A stretch of DNA of 64,000 nucleotides from Paramecium tetraurelia (taxonomy: Eukaryota), in contig CT868108.1 in the NCBI GenBank assembly GCA_000165425.1, positions 124,001-188,000 on the forward strand. Direction: 5' to 3'. Shown piece by piece: positions 28,301 to 41,569 of this stretch. The translations under genes and the position numbers were made by a program. Under the pieces are notes generated by a model, which made no database searches, had not been told where the DNA came from, and saw only the letters and a list, made by a program, of their open reading frames with translations. How positions within the stretch are numbered: position 1 is the stretch's first letter; the number at the start of each line of letters is the position of its first letter.

Positions 28301-29941
28301 ATCTTCTCTTAGAGGATTTCAATGTTTTAATCATTGACTTATTTAATTAGATTGTAATAAAATTAGGTTTTCTTAAAAGACTGTGATAACACTAAATCTG
28401 GAATCAAGGTTTGATCAATTTAATAGATAGTGTCTCCATGACATAAGGCTTCAATTTTTGCATCAGATAATATTTGAATATTTAGAAATACATGAGTAGT
28501 ATCCATTATTTCTGTCATGTTGACTGGATAGTATATGTTCTGTTATTTGGCTACTTGTTTTGTTTCCAATATCAGTTCCTTGCAGTCTTTGGATTGTAAT
28601 TGTGATCGATTTTCATTGATGATAAGGACTACATCGAATAGATGAAGGAACAAATTCAAATAAGATGGTAGAATAACCAGGAATTGTTGATAACAATGGA
28701 GTAGGATTTGACTGAATGAGGAATTCGATTAGTATCCGTAATATTAGATCAAAGATGCAATTATGGGCATGACTATGTAAAGGAATAATTATAAAATGCT
28801 GAGATTCTTATATCTATTTTTATTTTTCTATTGTTTTTTTACAGATTTAACTTTCCTACAATATAATGATTGTCCACCAACATTGATTAGGATTCCAAAT
28901 ACCCATTCACTAAATTATAATGCTTATCCAAAAAACAGAATATTTTCTGGTAAAATTGGTTCTCCTTTGGGATCTTTAGATAATTTAATATGACCTTCGA
29001 ATTAATCAAAATTGTAATTATTATTAAATGTTAGTTTACCCTTTAATATCTTCCTCAAATAATTCAAGTCTCCTTTGTTGGGTGCATTCAATTCCACTTT
29101 GGTTGTTTTCATTGGTTCCTTACGTTGCAGAAAAGCCTATTTAAAATAACTTTTGGAATAAAAGTATCCATGTCTATTACTCATATCTAAAATGACTAAG
29201 TCGCCTGGACACTATTGGTTACGACTGAGAAGAATAAAGTCTCCTCTTTTCAAATTGCTGTAATTTACATCCTCAACATTTGAAGCAGGCAGGATATCAG
29301 GCACATTCGATTATGAGTCAAGGTATTAAATGCTCCTAATCGAAGATGAGCGAGCCTATTTGACGAAATTTTATGTATCATTATAGACCAAGTCTTCTTT
29401 TTTAAATCCTTTTAGTCTAGTGTAAACGATGCGAGTTTGTTGCAAGATAGATTGCCAACTTTACTTTTACTCAATCAATAATTATAATGCTCTAATTCCT
29501 GTTTCAATCAGAAAGGGTAATAAGTAAACTATAAACAAAATGAGTCTATTTGTAAATTGTTCAATAATTACGATGATATGACATCTTCTGTATTGTCATC
29601 ATAAGCTATTCCCACTAAAATCAAAATGAAACTAGCTATAAGAAATAGATCATTAATATAGTCTTCAAACATTGTGTTAAATAACTCCAGAATTTTCTAA
29701 TCAATCATATAAATTCAATACCTCCTTTAAACATTCAGTCATATACTCAAATAACCACTACTTCCTCCTTACTTTTTCTTCATAACTCTGTCCGTGCTCG
29801 AAAGTAAGCTAGCATTACTATTATTTTTATACATCAATTAGGGATTTTTATTTTTCCATTTTCTAATTTATTTTTATCGAATTTCTTAAACTAATTCACA
29901 TACTATTCATCTTTATTGTCATCAAGATTCTCGAGACACAT
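22397..29941 (-). CDS. Alveolate-type guanylyl cyclase: P4-ATPase-like domain + TM blocks + two cyclase domains
   Basis: First cyclase domain KIETVGKTYMA...KIGIHYG...FSLIGDTVNTTSR; second ILFADIAGFT...LYTIGDCY...MRIGIHTG...YDVYGKD; N-terminal P-type ATPase-like region; start approximate. Confidence 0.92.
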
Positions 29942-30470
29942 TCTCAAAAAATGTAATTCTAATTCAATTTTTAATAAAAACAAGTCCTTCCAACTTATTA
30001 TACCAAAACACCATAATATTATCGTTATTTTAGAATTAAATCTAATCAACAAACGAAGAATGATCATAAATATATCTTAAATTAGACACCTATACTCTAG
30101 AAATTATTGTCTGTAATAACTATTTACTTTAGTTATTATTTGTCATTAGATATTAGATGTGAATTACTCAAAAATTTGAAATTTATAGTTTCTAAATTCA
30201 AATTTTAGAACATATTTATTATTTTGAGATTGTTATAAAATTTAAATTTTTACTTTCATTATAAATATTAATTTTATTTGTTTGTTAATATTTATTAAGT
30301 ATTAGTATTCAAATATTCAACTTTTTTATAATGATTTGGGATATTGGAATCAAATCCAATTAATTGTGTTATTAAATTTTCTTTGTCAATTATTCTATAT
30401 GAATATTGAATTTGTATTGGTAAATTTTGATAATTTAAATTTAAAACATTTTATTATAATTTTTGTTATC

Positions 30471-31331
30471 ATGAGCTGTGATAGGGGAAAAAGTGCATTA
30501 ATAAGATTAGTAATTATTGAATATCAACTGTTAAGTCCACTCAACTTTTATATTTTATGGATTACAAAATTCATGAATATAGTCCTGAAGAATTGTATGA
30601 AAACAAAGCTCGATTATTCGAATAATTAATGGCAGAATGGAACAATATGAGTGCCAATGAACAAGAAAAATATAATAAAAAAGTTCAATTCACCAATGCA
30701 GGTGAAAAGGCAAAATAGCGCAAAGATGAATCTACTCTTGAAACATTGTATGAAACTGCAGTTGAAAAACACCACAATATATAATAATCAATAATAGAAG
30801 AAAAATGTGAAAAATAAACAAGTTTTGAGGAAATAAAATCAGCAGAAATAATTAAAGAGCAATGTATAAATAAATTAAATTTTAGTAGAAAATAATAATG
30901 CTGCTAGATTTCTTGAAGAATAAAAACAGGAGTTTAAAACCTTAAATTAAGAGTTTTCTGAAAAAGAAACTAATTCATAAGAACCTCCATTGAAAATCCA
31001 AAGATCTGTAATTATTTAAGAACCTAGAGACCATTAAGTCAATGTCAATTTTTCATAAAAGGATGAGAAAATCTAAGAATCAAATGAAATAGGAGAATAA
31101 AAAGATAATCTTGGAAATAGAAGGTCTAATGCAGGTAGGAAACGCTCTCAAAAAGAAACAGTTGAGAAAATAAAGTCAAAACGAGGTTCTGTTAAGAAGA
31201 GAGCTTTAAGCCTTTCAAAATAAATATAGTTATAATAACACAACAATCAAAAACACTTTTTCGTAGATGAAACGCTTAGCTTGAAATAACTCAAGGAATA
31301 GATTAGGAATTTATTGAAACAACATGAATGA
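30471..31331 (+). CDS. HMG-box-like basic protein
   Basis: After a 26-nt intron: STQLLYFMDY...LFEQLMAEWNNMSANEQEKY, followed by a basic tail. Confidence 0.55.
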
Positions 31332-31374
31332 AATTAATTATTATAAGGTTTTAAATATAAAACACATCTATAAA

Positions 31375-34300
31375 TCATTCTTTTGATGCTTATGAATGAG
31401 CAGATTTTCGAATTCTTATTTTTGTAAAGCTGTGACTTGTTGCTGGAGTTGAATTATTTAATAATCTCGAATCTACACTATAAAAACTATTTGCATGTTA
31501 ATGAGATGTTATTTTATATTATAATTTAAGTTAATTCCATGAATCTAGATTTTAAATAACTTTAAAGCACTCTTTAGATGATTATTTGATAATCTGATTA
31601 GAAATTAAATTGCAGATTGAATTAATAAATTCATTTAAATAATTAAATTTCTTATTTTAAACAGCATTTAATTATGTTAATTCTGCCAATTGTTTAACAA
31701 TACTTAGGAAATTCAATTTCATAAATATAGTGTGGATGTTGAATTCAGATCCAAACTCCAAATTTAATTTCATCAATTTAATAAATATCCCTTAAAATGT
31801 TTGATTTGGTCGAATAGGGAAACAGTACTTACAGATTTCAATTAGACAACTCCAAGTTGTAGCAGTTATCCTATTTAGCAATTAGATCTGCCCTCTGTTG
31901 ATTCCATATTCAATCATTAAGCAAAGTGTCTCACATAAAAGGGTTTTACCTACATCCAATTCAATAGCTTAGGATGATGAAGTCTTCCATTACATGGAGT
32001 TGATAATCACCTTACACAAATAATCAATATAAGTTTATGCATTATCCTAAAAGTTCATGTATTCTGGCTTTTTCTTAATGATTAGATTTACTAACTACCC
32101 GCATAAGACAGCACTATTTTCTTTCATACATGGAGTTAATTTTATTTTAAATAAGTAAATCTGATGATAATTATGAATATTACTTTCATTAGATTGTCAA
32201 AAACTTTGCAATTTTCATTAAGCAAGATTACACTTAACATTTATTATCTATTATTCATAAAATAAGTATTAGAAAACAACTTATGGTCTCCTAAAATCAA
32301 TTGCTAAATTAGGATTGATAAAAATTAGAGTAGATTATAACAAAATGGTTCATCCTTCATCAAACTAGTTATTATATGATATTTTATATACTTCTCTATT
32401 TGATATTAGTCTTATTTTTATTCATGATCCCATATGCCTAGTGTGACATCCTTTAGAGAAAGTGGATATAATTATAATGATAAATTTCTTGAGTGTTTTT
32501 TTTAATTTGGACCCTTTTGACTGTCCCTCATAAATGAAACTGATTTCTAATCATATTTGGTATTGCTATCTTTGGTTTCAACTCTAACTTCTAAAGGATT
32601 AAGATTATAGCCAAAAGGAATAAATTGATCTTTCTAAGAATCTTATTCATCTAAATCAAACATTACTGAAGCACTCCTTAAAACAATTAGCCTTTCTCGT
32701 GTAGCTCTCGGTTATCGTTTTTTATGAGGCTCATTAATTATTTCTGCATTCTAAATTGCAACCCTAATAACATCCATCATAGAAGCTGGATTTTCATTGA
32801 ATGAAGGTAAAATCTTATGTGAAACTTTATTGAAAAAAGATAATTATTTGATTGTTTTCTTTTAAACAAATTTTTTAATTTGATCTATATCCCATTTTAA
32901 ATGAATCTTTTCTTCCAAAGTAAAGTTAAAATTGTTTTCATTTTACTAATATACTTTTTCCTTTAATTGAAAATCTGGATGTAAAGTGAATACTTCGAGC
33001 ATGTTATTATTTCGAAAGTTTGATGTACATTTAAGTAATAAATCCTATCTATTTTTTGGGTTTAATAGTATGGTAATAATATCATCAAACAATTTGGAAG
33101 CATTAAAATATGTCCATACTTATTCATATAATTTTTTTTAATGTTCTGTTATGTAATGTCCCAACAAATTAATTTATAAAAAGAGATTAATGAGAAATGT
33201 AGATGATTGCTCATAATTGATATAATGCAAAAATGCATAGGGAATATTATAATGTAGACAGAAATAAATAGAAATATCTTATTCTTTTTCTAAATAAAAT
33301 ATCAGTAATTGAGTTAAATGATTGAAGTTACAATTCTTTAAGTTATCTTCGTTAAGACATTCGGACAAATAGGAAACTAGAAATTAATAAAATAGCAATA
33401 CAAGCGATTTGTAAATACGAAGGGTTTACTTTTGCAATAATTTAGTGATTTTCCTCATCTGTTAAACTCTATAATGACCTTATTGATCTAATGTGATAGA
33501 TGTGAGCAGGGGCTTATAAGGAATAACAATTTTTTAGATTTGGAATATCTTTTAAACTGATTTTCTAATCAAATTCAATTTTCATCCACTATGATAGACT
33601 AATATTATACACAATTCGCAGGATCGTATTTTAAAGGGCAATAGATGAATGAGAGCATAGCCTCAATGTTTTCCTTTAATTTAAACATGTTTTATGAATT
33701 AATAACACTGCTGCCTATCCTTTTGGATATTACAGGAATTGGATAATTCATTTTGCTGAGCCACCTCTATAACTCAACTACTATCTGATTTTCCTTTCTA
33801 ATAGAATTGGATTTGGTTGGACTATCACATTCAGTCGGTTCCTCATAGAATTAGATTTCCACATTTCTTGGAGTTCTCATTGCAATTATTTCCTCTACTT
33901 CATGAAAAATTAATGGATTTATATTGTGTATCAACGGCCATTTATGCACTATTTGCTGGAGACTTGTGTAGAGTTCGATAGTAACTTGTTTATCATGAAT
34001 ATTTCCTAAAATAGTTTTATAAGCCTAAGCTATTTATTCTGCAACTGACTAACCTTCCTAAGAATCATTTTTAGGAATTTGTTTGATAAAAAACTGTAGC
34101 TATGTTATGCACTCTTTATATATGTTTGGAAGATGACTTTTGATTACATCTGACAAGATATAAGTGTCCTGTGAAAACACCAATGTACAGGCATTTAAGA
34201 ACTATATCTAAAATTATGTGATTGGAGCAAATCTCTCAATTATTAACTCCAAGAGCATTTTGATATTTTAACCAAACATTGATTAGAGCATCAACATATA

Positions 34301-34481
34301 AAAAAAGAGATTCTCCTATTTGAACAATAAATGCCACATTGATTAAAAAGGTAGTAATTATGCAATCTGTTTGCAGGCTTTCGACATAAATGAATATCGA
34401 ATTTATTCTATATTTGTGTTAACCTAATATCTAATAAATAAGTACAGCTTCTTTAAGATAATCTGCACATTTTAATTGCAT
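31375..34481 (-). CDS. Hypothetical protein of about 1000 aa
   Basis: Long code-6 open frame with tiny introns; no motif recognised; could be two genes. Confidence 0.55.
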
Positions 34482-34529
34482 TGAACAATAAAGTCTATTG
34501 TTATTATAATTTATTTATAATCTTAAAAT

Positions 34530-35245
34530 ATGCAATAAGTATAAAGAAGTCATAAATTGTCAAGAGAATAGGAGTGTTTAAAAAATTAGAGTTTTAACTG
34601 AAGATAAAAAGAAGAAAGAAATTTTGAAATAAAAACTGTTTATGTGGGGTTCAATTAATTTATTTAAATGAGGCAATAAATAACTAATTATTTACTTATT
34701 TTTATGATTCTTATATTAAAATAGTAAAATCTCATAAATTATGAGAGTAAATAAAAGATCGAAGCAACTTAAATATTTATAATAAAATCAGAATTTTCAT
34801 AAATTCATTTGTTTTTTTACTAAATCATATAGAATTTATTTACTGTCAGAGCAATTAATAGATAAGACCGATAATTCTGCTTTTGAATATTTAAATTAAT
34901 GTATGGCAAACCTTAATAATTTATAATTTCAATCAAACATATCAAGATCTGTTATAATTCTAACAGTAGAGTTTATATGATTGATTTAAAATAATTTTTA
35001 AATTAATATCTAAAGTAGATTAAGAATTTTATAACATTAGATTTTCAAAGCCAATCTGAGAAAATGTATTGTTTAAAGATATTTTGAAAATTCTGTTCAT
35101 TTTTAGAAGCCACAAGGTCTAAAATCAGAATTTATACTTTAGTTCATATTTGACACTGAAATTGAGTATTTATTAATAAACAAAAAATAAATCAAATAAA
35201 ATTAAGAAATTAGTACTAACTAATATAGTTATAGAATATAAATGA
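34530..35245 (+). CDS. Possible hypothetical or decayed gene
   Basis: Stretches free of TGA, but no consistent single model. Confidence 0.25.
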
Positions 35246-35280
35246 TTTTTCATATTAATAAAATAACACAGAATTAACTT

Positions 35281-36692
35281 TCAATATAACCCTTTAGTTT
35301 TATCCGTGAAATTATTTGATGTTACTAATTCATTTTTCTTGACAAGAGCAGTTTTTAATATAGCTATTATAACAATATAAAGAGTACGTTGACTGGTAAT
35401 GTGTTTATATTTAAAGGTTTTAAAGGTATTGAATTTTTTAGTTGCTTCCTCTGCATCCATTTTCCATTTTTCATTTAATTTAAGTGATGAAGTAATTTAT
35501 AGTTAATTGTTAAAAGTGAGTTAATATAATTAATCTAAGAATTCTTCTCTTTCTATATATCTTCTTAATAATGTTCTAATGTTTTAAAATTTAAATACAT
35601 TTTATCTGTGTGAGTGAATTATGTAAAATTTATATCTCCTGAATTATGATTTAGATCCAAATATCTATGATTCAGAACCTGTTTTTGTTAGCACTAACGA
35701 GAGTGAACTTCTTTTTTTGTTTCAGCAATGCATTCTAATAATATTTATTCCATTTCTCCTCTTTAACAATTTTATTTTGAAAGTTCTGCTTTCAATTGCT
35801 AAGTCTATTATTTTTCTTTTTACAATTACAATTTCAAATCAGAGATAATATCTTTTTTGGAGATTTCTTCAATCTAATATAATGCAATTATTACCTATTC
35901 CATATCTGGATTCTGTCTACTTTACTATTAAGAAGACAATTCTCTTTTGTAAAAATCATTTAATGAAGAGCCTTAATCTTAAATTTTGTTTGAAAATTAA
36001 GTCTTCTAAGTTTATTTGATTGATGAAAACCCTCGTTTAGATCCCTCACCAATTTCATCTTTAGTTGAACTCACTTGAGTGCCATCTTAGGTCATTGGCC
36101 TCATGTCCAGCATTTTCTTAGCTTTGTTTCTTTAACCAACATTTCCACCTGAACCCAGTCTTGTAATTGCCTTTTGTTCTTCGCTCTTTTATTTATATAA
36201 ATACAATAATTCATATTTCAAAGCCTTATTCTCTTTTTTTGAATCTAATTGATATTAATAGCTAATACCAATAACAAAGCCTTCATAATATTGCTTTTCT
36301 TCTAAGGTAATCTTTAATTTAAATTTGAGTTCTTCGATAGTTCTCAATTATTCCTAACACAATTTATCTAATCTTAAGGCTTCTTATTTAAAATAATCTC
36401 TTTCTTCCTCTAGAATTCTCTTTTTCTCATCTGCCTTCTACCTCAATGCCTCTTCATCAATTTTTCTCTTCATGTTCTTCAATTCTTTTTGAACTTCTGT
36501 CATTTATTCTCTATATGCAATCATAAAGTCATCTTCTTAGGATTTTATAATTTTATCAATCTTCCCTTATAAATTCTTCTTATTCAATCATTTATTTACA
36601 TCAAGAATATCTTATAATTTATTATAATCTCGATCTATTTCCTTCCCGTATTTTATGTTGTCTTCCAAAAATACCTTTTTCTTCTAAGTCAT
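35281..36692 (-). CDS. Coiled-coil protein (possibly ciliary)
   Basis: QEDDFMIAYREQM...LEEERDYFKQEALRLDKLC heptad-rich frame; TGA at 35281. Confidence 0.75.
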
Positions 36693-36843
36693 AAATTGGG
36701 TTTAAGTCAACAAGAGGTTATCAAATCCTTCAATTGCAGACTTTGTTAATACTAAAATCAAAAGTAAGTTTTACAATTTTGGGGTTCCATTAAATACTAA
36801 ATGTAATAATTATTAATTATTTCAATCAAATTTCAGAAGCAAT

Positions 36844-38244
36844 ATGCAAACTGTAAAAGAAACAGTTTAAGCTATATGTAACATCTTGTAAGCATTTGGG
36901 ATCAATAACATCGATCCAAATGTTTTTAGATAAGCAAAACATAATCTTTCCGAAGCAGTAACATTATACTAATCTTATTGATAGATTAAACCGATCTCAA
37001 GCATAATGCATAATTTACTCATATTAGATTTATTTGATTTTGAATATAAATTAAATGAGATTACCAATACCCATGCAGATCCAGATGGCCTGGAAATTAT
37101 CTTGCTTGCTTTAAGAAATTCCCCTTTTATCATATATAAAAATGGAAAGCCAGGGATGGATTATTCATCAAGTAGAGATTTGCTCCTAGTTGTTGGATAA
37201 TTATTGGCAGAATCAGATATTTTTGACAAATACAAAAAGCTAATCGAAAAAAAAGTGGCTAATTTAAAAATAAAATTAGTAAATAAGCCTAAAGAACAAG
37301 ATAATGAGATTCCAGCACTCAAATTTGTAAGTGAAGGTAGTTAAGTCAAGGATTTTGAAAATCTAAATAGAATAATTAGACATTAATTCAAACAACTCTC
37401 TTGTCTATTTAAAAGGAAAGAAGCCCAATAAAACCAGGTATAATGAATATAAGATAACAACAGATTGATAAAATAGTATAATAAATGAATTTAAAGGATT
37501 TTACAGTGGATCAATTGCTTAGTCTATCGGATCCAGATTAATTAAATGAAATTACAGCAAATTTAAAAGAGATTATCTAATTTTTAGAATTTGAAACTTC
37601 AATGCATAGACATTAAGAAATATTTTGGGCATGGTTGGTAAGAAGTGATGTTATTTAGGAAAGCACAGTCGATGAAGACAAAAAGGATGTCAGAGATCAT
37701 GCAGACTATGGATTTCCAGATGAAACTATAATTTTTAGTCCAGGGTAATAGATGATTAAATTAATTGAACAGTAAGTATTGTTGAATTAATATTAGCACT
37801 TAAACGAAGCTTCAATAATTAAGTGATTAATTTGAACTATTTGAATCTATTTCCTCTTAATTTGAAGATGTTTGGGAGAAAGTCTCTTAATTATTGAAGG
37901 AAGACCCAGGTTCAGAATAAAAACTATAATAATTACAATTACAAATTCATAAAATTGTGGCTTAGAACAACATCAAATTAATGTCATTGAAAACATTCAA
38001 AGAATAAGTGTTCTCTGAAAAAGATCTGCTATATTGTTAGGCTAACGATTTCATTAAATATGCTATCAAACACAACTTTGCTTAAAATTCAAATCATAAT
38101 GAAAGTAATGGATTTGAATAGAAAATAACCTACCAATAAGAACACTTTGCATAAAGGATTGAGCAATTGCATTAGTATATAGAAGATGAAGCAGGAAGAA
38201 TCAAGGTTCATCTTAAAGAACTAGTATTTTATCCATTAAAATGA
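36844..38244 (+). CDS. TEDC1: Tubulin epsilon/delta complex protein 1-like
   Basis: VQAICNIL...FRQAK..., SSRDLLLVVGQLL and IFWAWL resemble recalled TEDC1 motifs (RRAKF, SRELLL, FWxW); coiled-coil C-terminus. Confidence 0.6.
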
Positions 38245-38271
38245 ATACAATATTATTGATCATTATGCATA

Positions 38272-39635
38272 TCATTTTTACTCAAAAATTAGCATGTATG
38301 GTGTTGGAGTACCATATGTGTCGTATTGTCTCTTCTCTAATTGGGCCTCTTCAACAATTGAATCATCAAATCTAAACCATTTTATTGAATTATCTTCCGC
38401 ATATTTGCAAGTCCTAAATAATATTCTAACATAATTATTAGTACGCATAATAATGGCCATTATTGCAAGTTCCAGAATGATGAATTATAGTTTACAAATC
38501 ATATGAACAAGATCTAATGTTTGGAGTACATTACTCAATCAAAGACAGATTTTCGAGAGGGAAGATAATGTTAGTATTTATTCTCTAGGCAGAATTCAAA
38601 TAGTTGAATCGCTTTAATTGGATAATTAAAATTTTCGGAAGTCTTGCAATTTTTTGTCTGGAATTATTTTATTAATTACATTAATTAGTGCTAATCTTTT
38701 TAACACTTTTGACATTTATAATTTGTAATGATTTGAGGTTTAAATTAAAATTTGATTAGTTCATTCAGAAGACAACTTTCTTTTTAAAATGTACATATAC
38801 CTAAATAATATTCTAAGCTTAATGGCAACACATTGAATTCCTCATAATGGATTTGCTCAAATTAACAATTTTTGCATATGATTTTATTACTAAATAAACC
38901 AACAAACAAGTTTGTAATAATATTATTTTCCAATTATCTTTTTAATCTCCATTCTTTTTCAATTTTTGATTCCAAATCTCTATTATTCCCAAGAAAAATA
39001 TCTTCAAAAAAGTTCTTTATATCATCAAAGAAATTATGTTCATTTTGCTAGTTCTTAGATTCAGATCCTAAGGTTTAAAATAAACACAATAAAAATTCAT
39101 GTGCATCTTCTTATCTGCCAAACTAAAATTGATTATGTTTCTTCACTACAATTAATATGGAAATCATATACAAATAGCGTGATAAAATTGACTAGGATTG
39201 ATTGAATATTGCGTTTTGGAAAATTTTAACTCCTAAAAAAGGGATTACAAATGAAAAGTAATTGAATCAGTTTGTAGTTATTTGACTGGTAAATCTAGGA
39301 TGGCTTTTCTAAACTACTTGATGCCATATAACATTTATATAATGGTATTCCTATGTTTATTTAAAATAGTTACATAAAACAATTGTTTCCGATGTTGTTC
39401 AATCCCTTTGGTATTTAAACTACATTAAATGGTTGTTATTGGGTTTAATCATATTTCTAAGGTGTTTACAATTATTTTATAGAAAAATTATTATATTAAG
39501 AAAAGGATTATGGTTGTTGAATTTTATAATCATCGAATATAGGTAACCTTGATTTGCTTTGGAAATTGTTTTTTTATACTATCTAAGAGTTTCCAAATGG
39601 GGTTTGTTGTATTTGAGAATTATATTTTGATCCAT
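38272..39635 (-). CDS. Ubiquitin-specific protease (peptidase C19)
   Basis: Cys box GLNNIGNNCFMN, QEDAHEFL, QLKRF, His box HSG...GHYYAY, WFRFDDS, PYMLIFE. Confidence 0.93.
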
Positions 39636-39700
39636 ATGAAAATTAATTTTTCATTAATTATATTTAATTTTTAGAAAAGTTAGCTTGAAAAAGGGAAATC

Positions 39701-40003
39701 ATGTAAAGATTTAACAAGTACTTAAGAAGTCTTCGAGAGGAAATAGTGGAGGAGAGATTGTCGTAAAAATAATACAGGTTGGTGAAATTTCAAAAATTAA
39801 TAGGAATAATAATTTTTTCAACTTTTGGTATAACAAGTGTAAGAATATGATTATTAAGACTTAAGTTAGCATTTTATAATTTGGGTGGTAAGATAGAGAA
39901 ATAAAAATAAGACAGTTTTGATGATAGTAATAATGAGGATGTCCTTCAAGAAGCCAAACTTTTGCTTAATTAAAAATTACAATAATCCAGCATTAAAAAA
40001 TGA
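39701..40003 (+). CDS. Single-TM microprotein of about 91 aa (COA3-like?)
   Basis: With one 27-nt intron: MQRFNKYLRSLREE...LIGIIIFSTFGITSLAFYNLGG...QDSFDD...KK-TGA. Confidence 0.6.
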
Positions 40004-40101
40004 CATCTTTTTTTAATATTATAGTATGATTATCCAAAATTTCATTTCATATTTATTATATATCTTATTTTAAAATAATCTTGCCCACTTACTCAGTAAT
40101 A

Positions 40102-41260
40102 ATGTAATCTAAATAATCAGAAACTAGATAGAGCTGGTCCTATCAAGTAAGACTTTTCCATAAATACCTCTAGGAAGACAAACTTTTATTAGAACTTATT
40201 AAACTTTATGGTTGTACATCTTGGAATCACATTGCACTTGAACTTCAATCTCAAGGGAAAAATCCCCTAAAAGTCCGATCTCCTGCAGCTTGTAGGGAAC
40301 GATACTAAAACATTCTTAACCCCAATTTGAATAAAAGTAATTGGACATTAGAGGAAGAAACAAATTTATTTAACCTTTAACAATCTTTTGGAAATTGTTG
40401 GGCTAGAATTGCTTCTCAAATGCCTGGCCGTTCTGATTTATTATGTAAGAACTATTTTTATGCTACTCTAAGAAAAGTCTTACGTCGACTCAGTAAGGCA
40501 GTCGGGCTGGATTAATGTAATTGTATAGTAATTCTTCTTTAGCATCAGATGTATTAAAATAGGTCAAGCCCAGTGTCTTAGGAATTATTTACAGCAAGGA
40601 AGACTCTTTCAAAATTTTCAACATTGAAGACAAGGTGAAAAAAGAATTTCAATAACTTATCAAACAATATAGGTTCACAGAAAAAGCAGAACTTCGATAG
40701 CTTTAAGAAAATGACTTGAACTATATAAAGTCTATGTTGAATCAATTATTTGTAATCAAGTAAAGAATATTCAAATAATGATTAGTAATAATTACGTAAC
40801 CTAAAAGGAGAGGAATTTTAGAAGAAAGAATTCAAAGCAAGAAAACTGTTCTGTTGAAAACAACAGCAAATCAACCATTCCAAATGGCTCAAATGTTCAA
40901 AATTAAAAAAATTCTAAACTTGAATCTAAACTTTTAAACGCAACAAACTTCAAACTAGATTCTCATGAAGAATATAATCAACCTAAAAATAGTGACTAAT
41001 AAGATAATCAATCTATATAAGTTTATGAAAATCTAAATCAACCTCATTCTGATTTCATTTTGATGAATTAATCATAAGTAAAAAAATTATTTAGATATTA
41101 GGGATCCTTTTATGCTCCATAACCTGTTTTTACATTCTGCATCTAATAAAACTTTATAAGCTGGCCAATCTAATCGGTTTAACCATATTATACCCCTTAA
41201 TACCTGACTTATCCTTAATCTCATCCTTTAATGAGATATGAGTTCCTATAGATGATGTGA
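40102..41260 (+). CDS. Two-repeat Myb transcription factor
   Basis: WSYQEDKLLLELIKLYGCTSWNHIA...CRERY; WTLEEE...GNCWARIASQMPGRSD..CKNYF; P/Q/Y-rich C-terminus. Confidence 0.92.
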
Positions 41261-41569
41261 ATTATATCTTAAACAAGAAGAACATTATAAAACAAAACAT
41301 TTTACACTGGTTTATCTTCTTCCTCAACTTCTCATCTTCGTTTATGCAGAAGGTTTTTTAAGACTATTTTAAATTAACATATTATTAGAAAAAACGCTAT
41401 TTAATATATATTTTATTTGAAAATTAATTATTTTCTATTAATAATTTTACTATTTTATATTTATAAGTACAACTGTTTTAAATTGATAATCTTTGAAAAG
41501 TATACATAAATAAGCAAAACTTGATTCAAGATTTAAAAATGAAGAATCGAATATATTATAATTATTTTT

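Noticed and set aside
31935..31965. VGKT as a possible Walker A motif
   Set aside because: No GxxxxGKT spacing and no Walker B context
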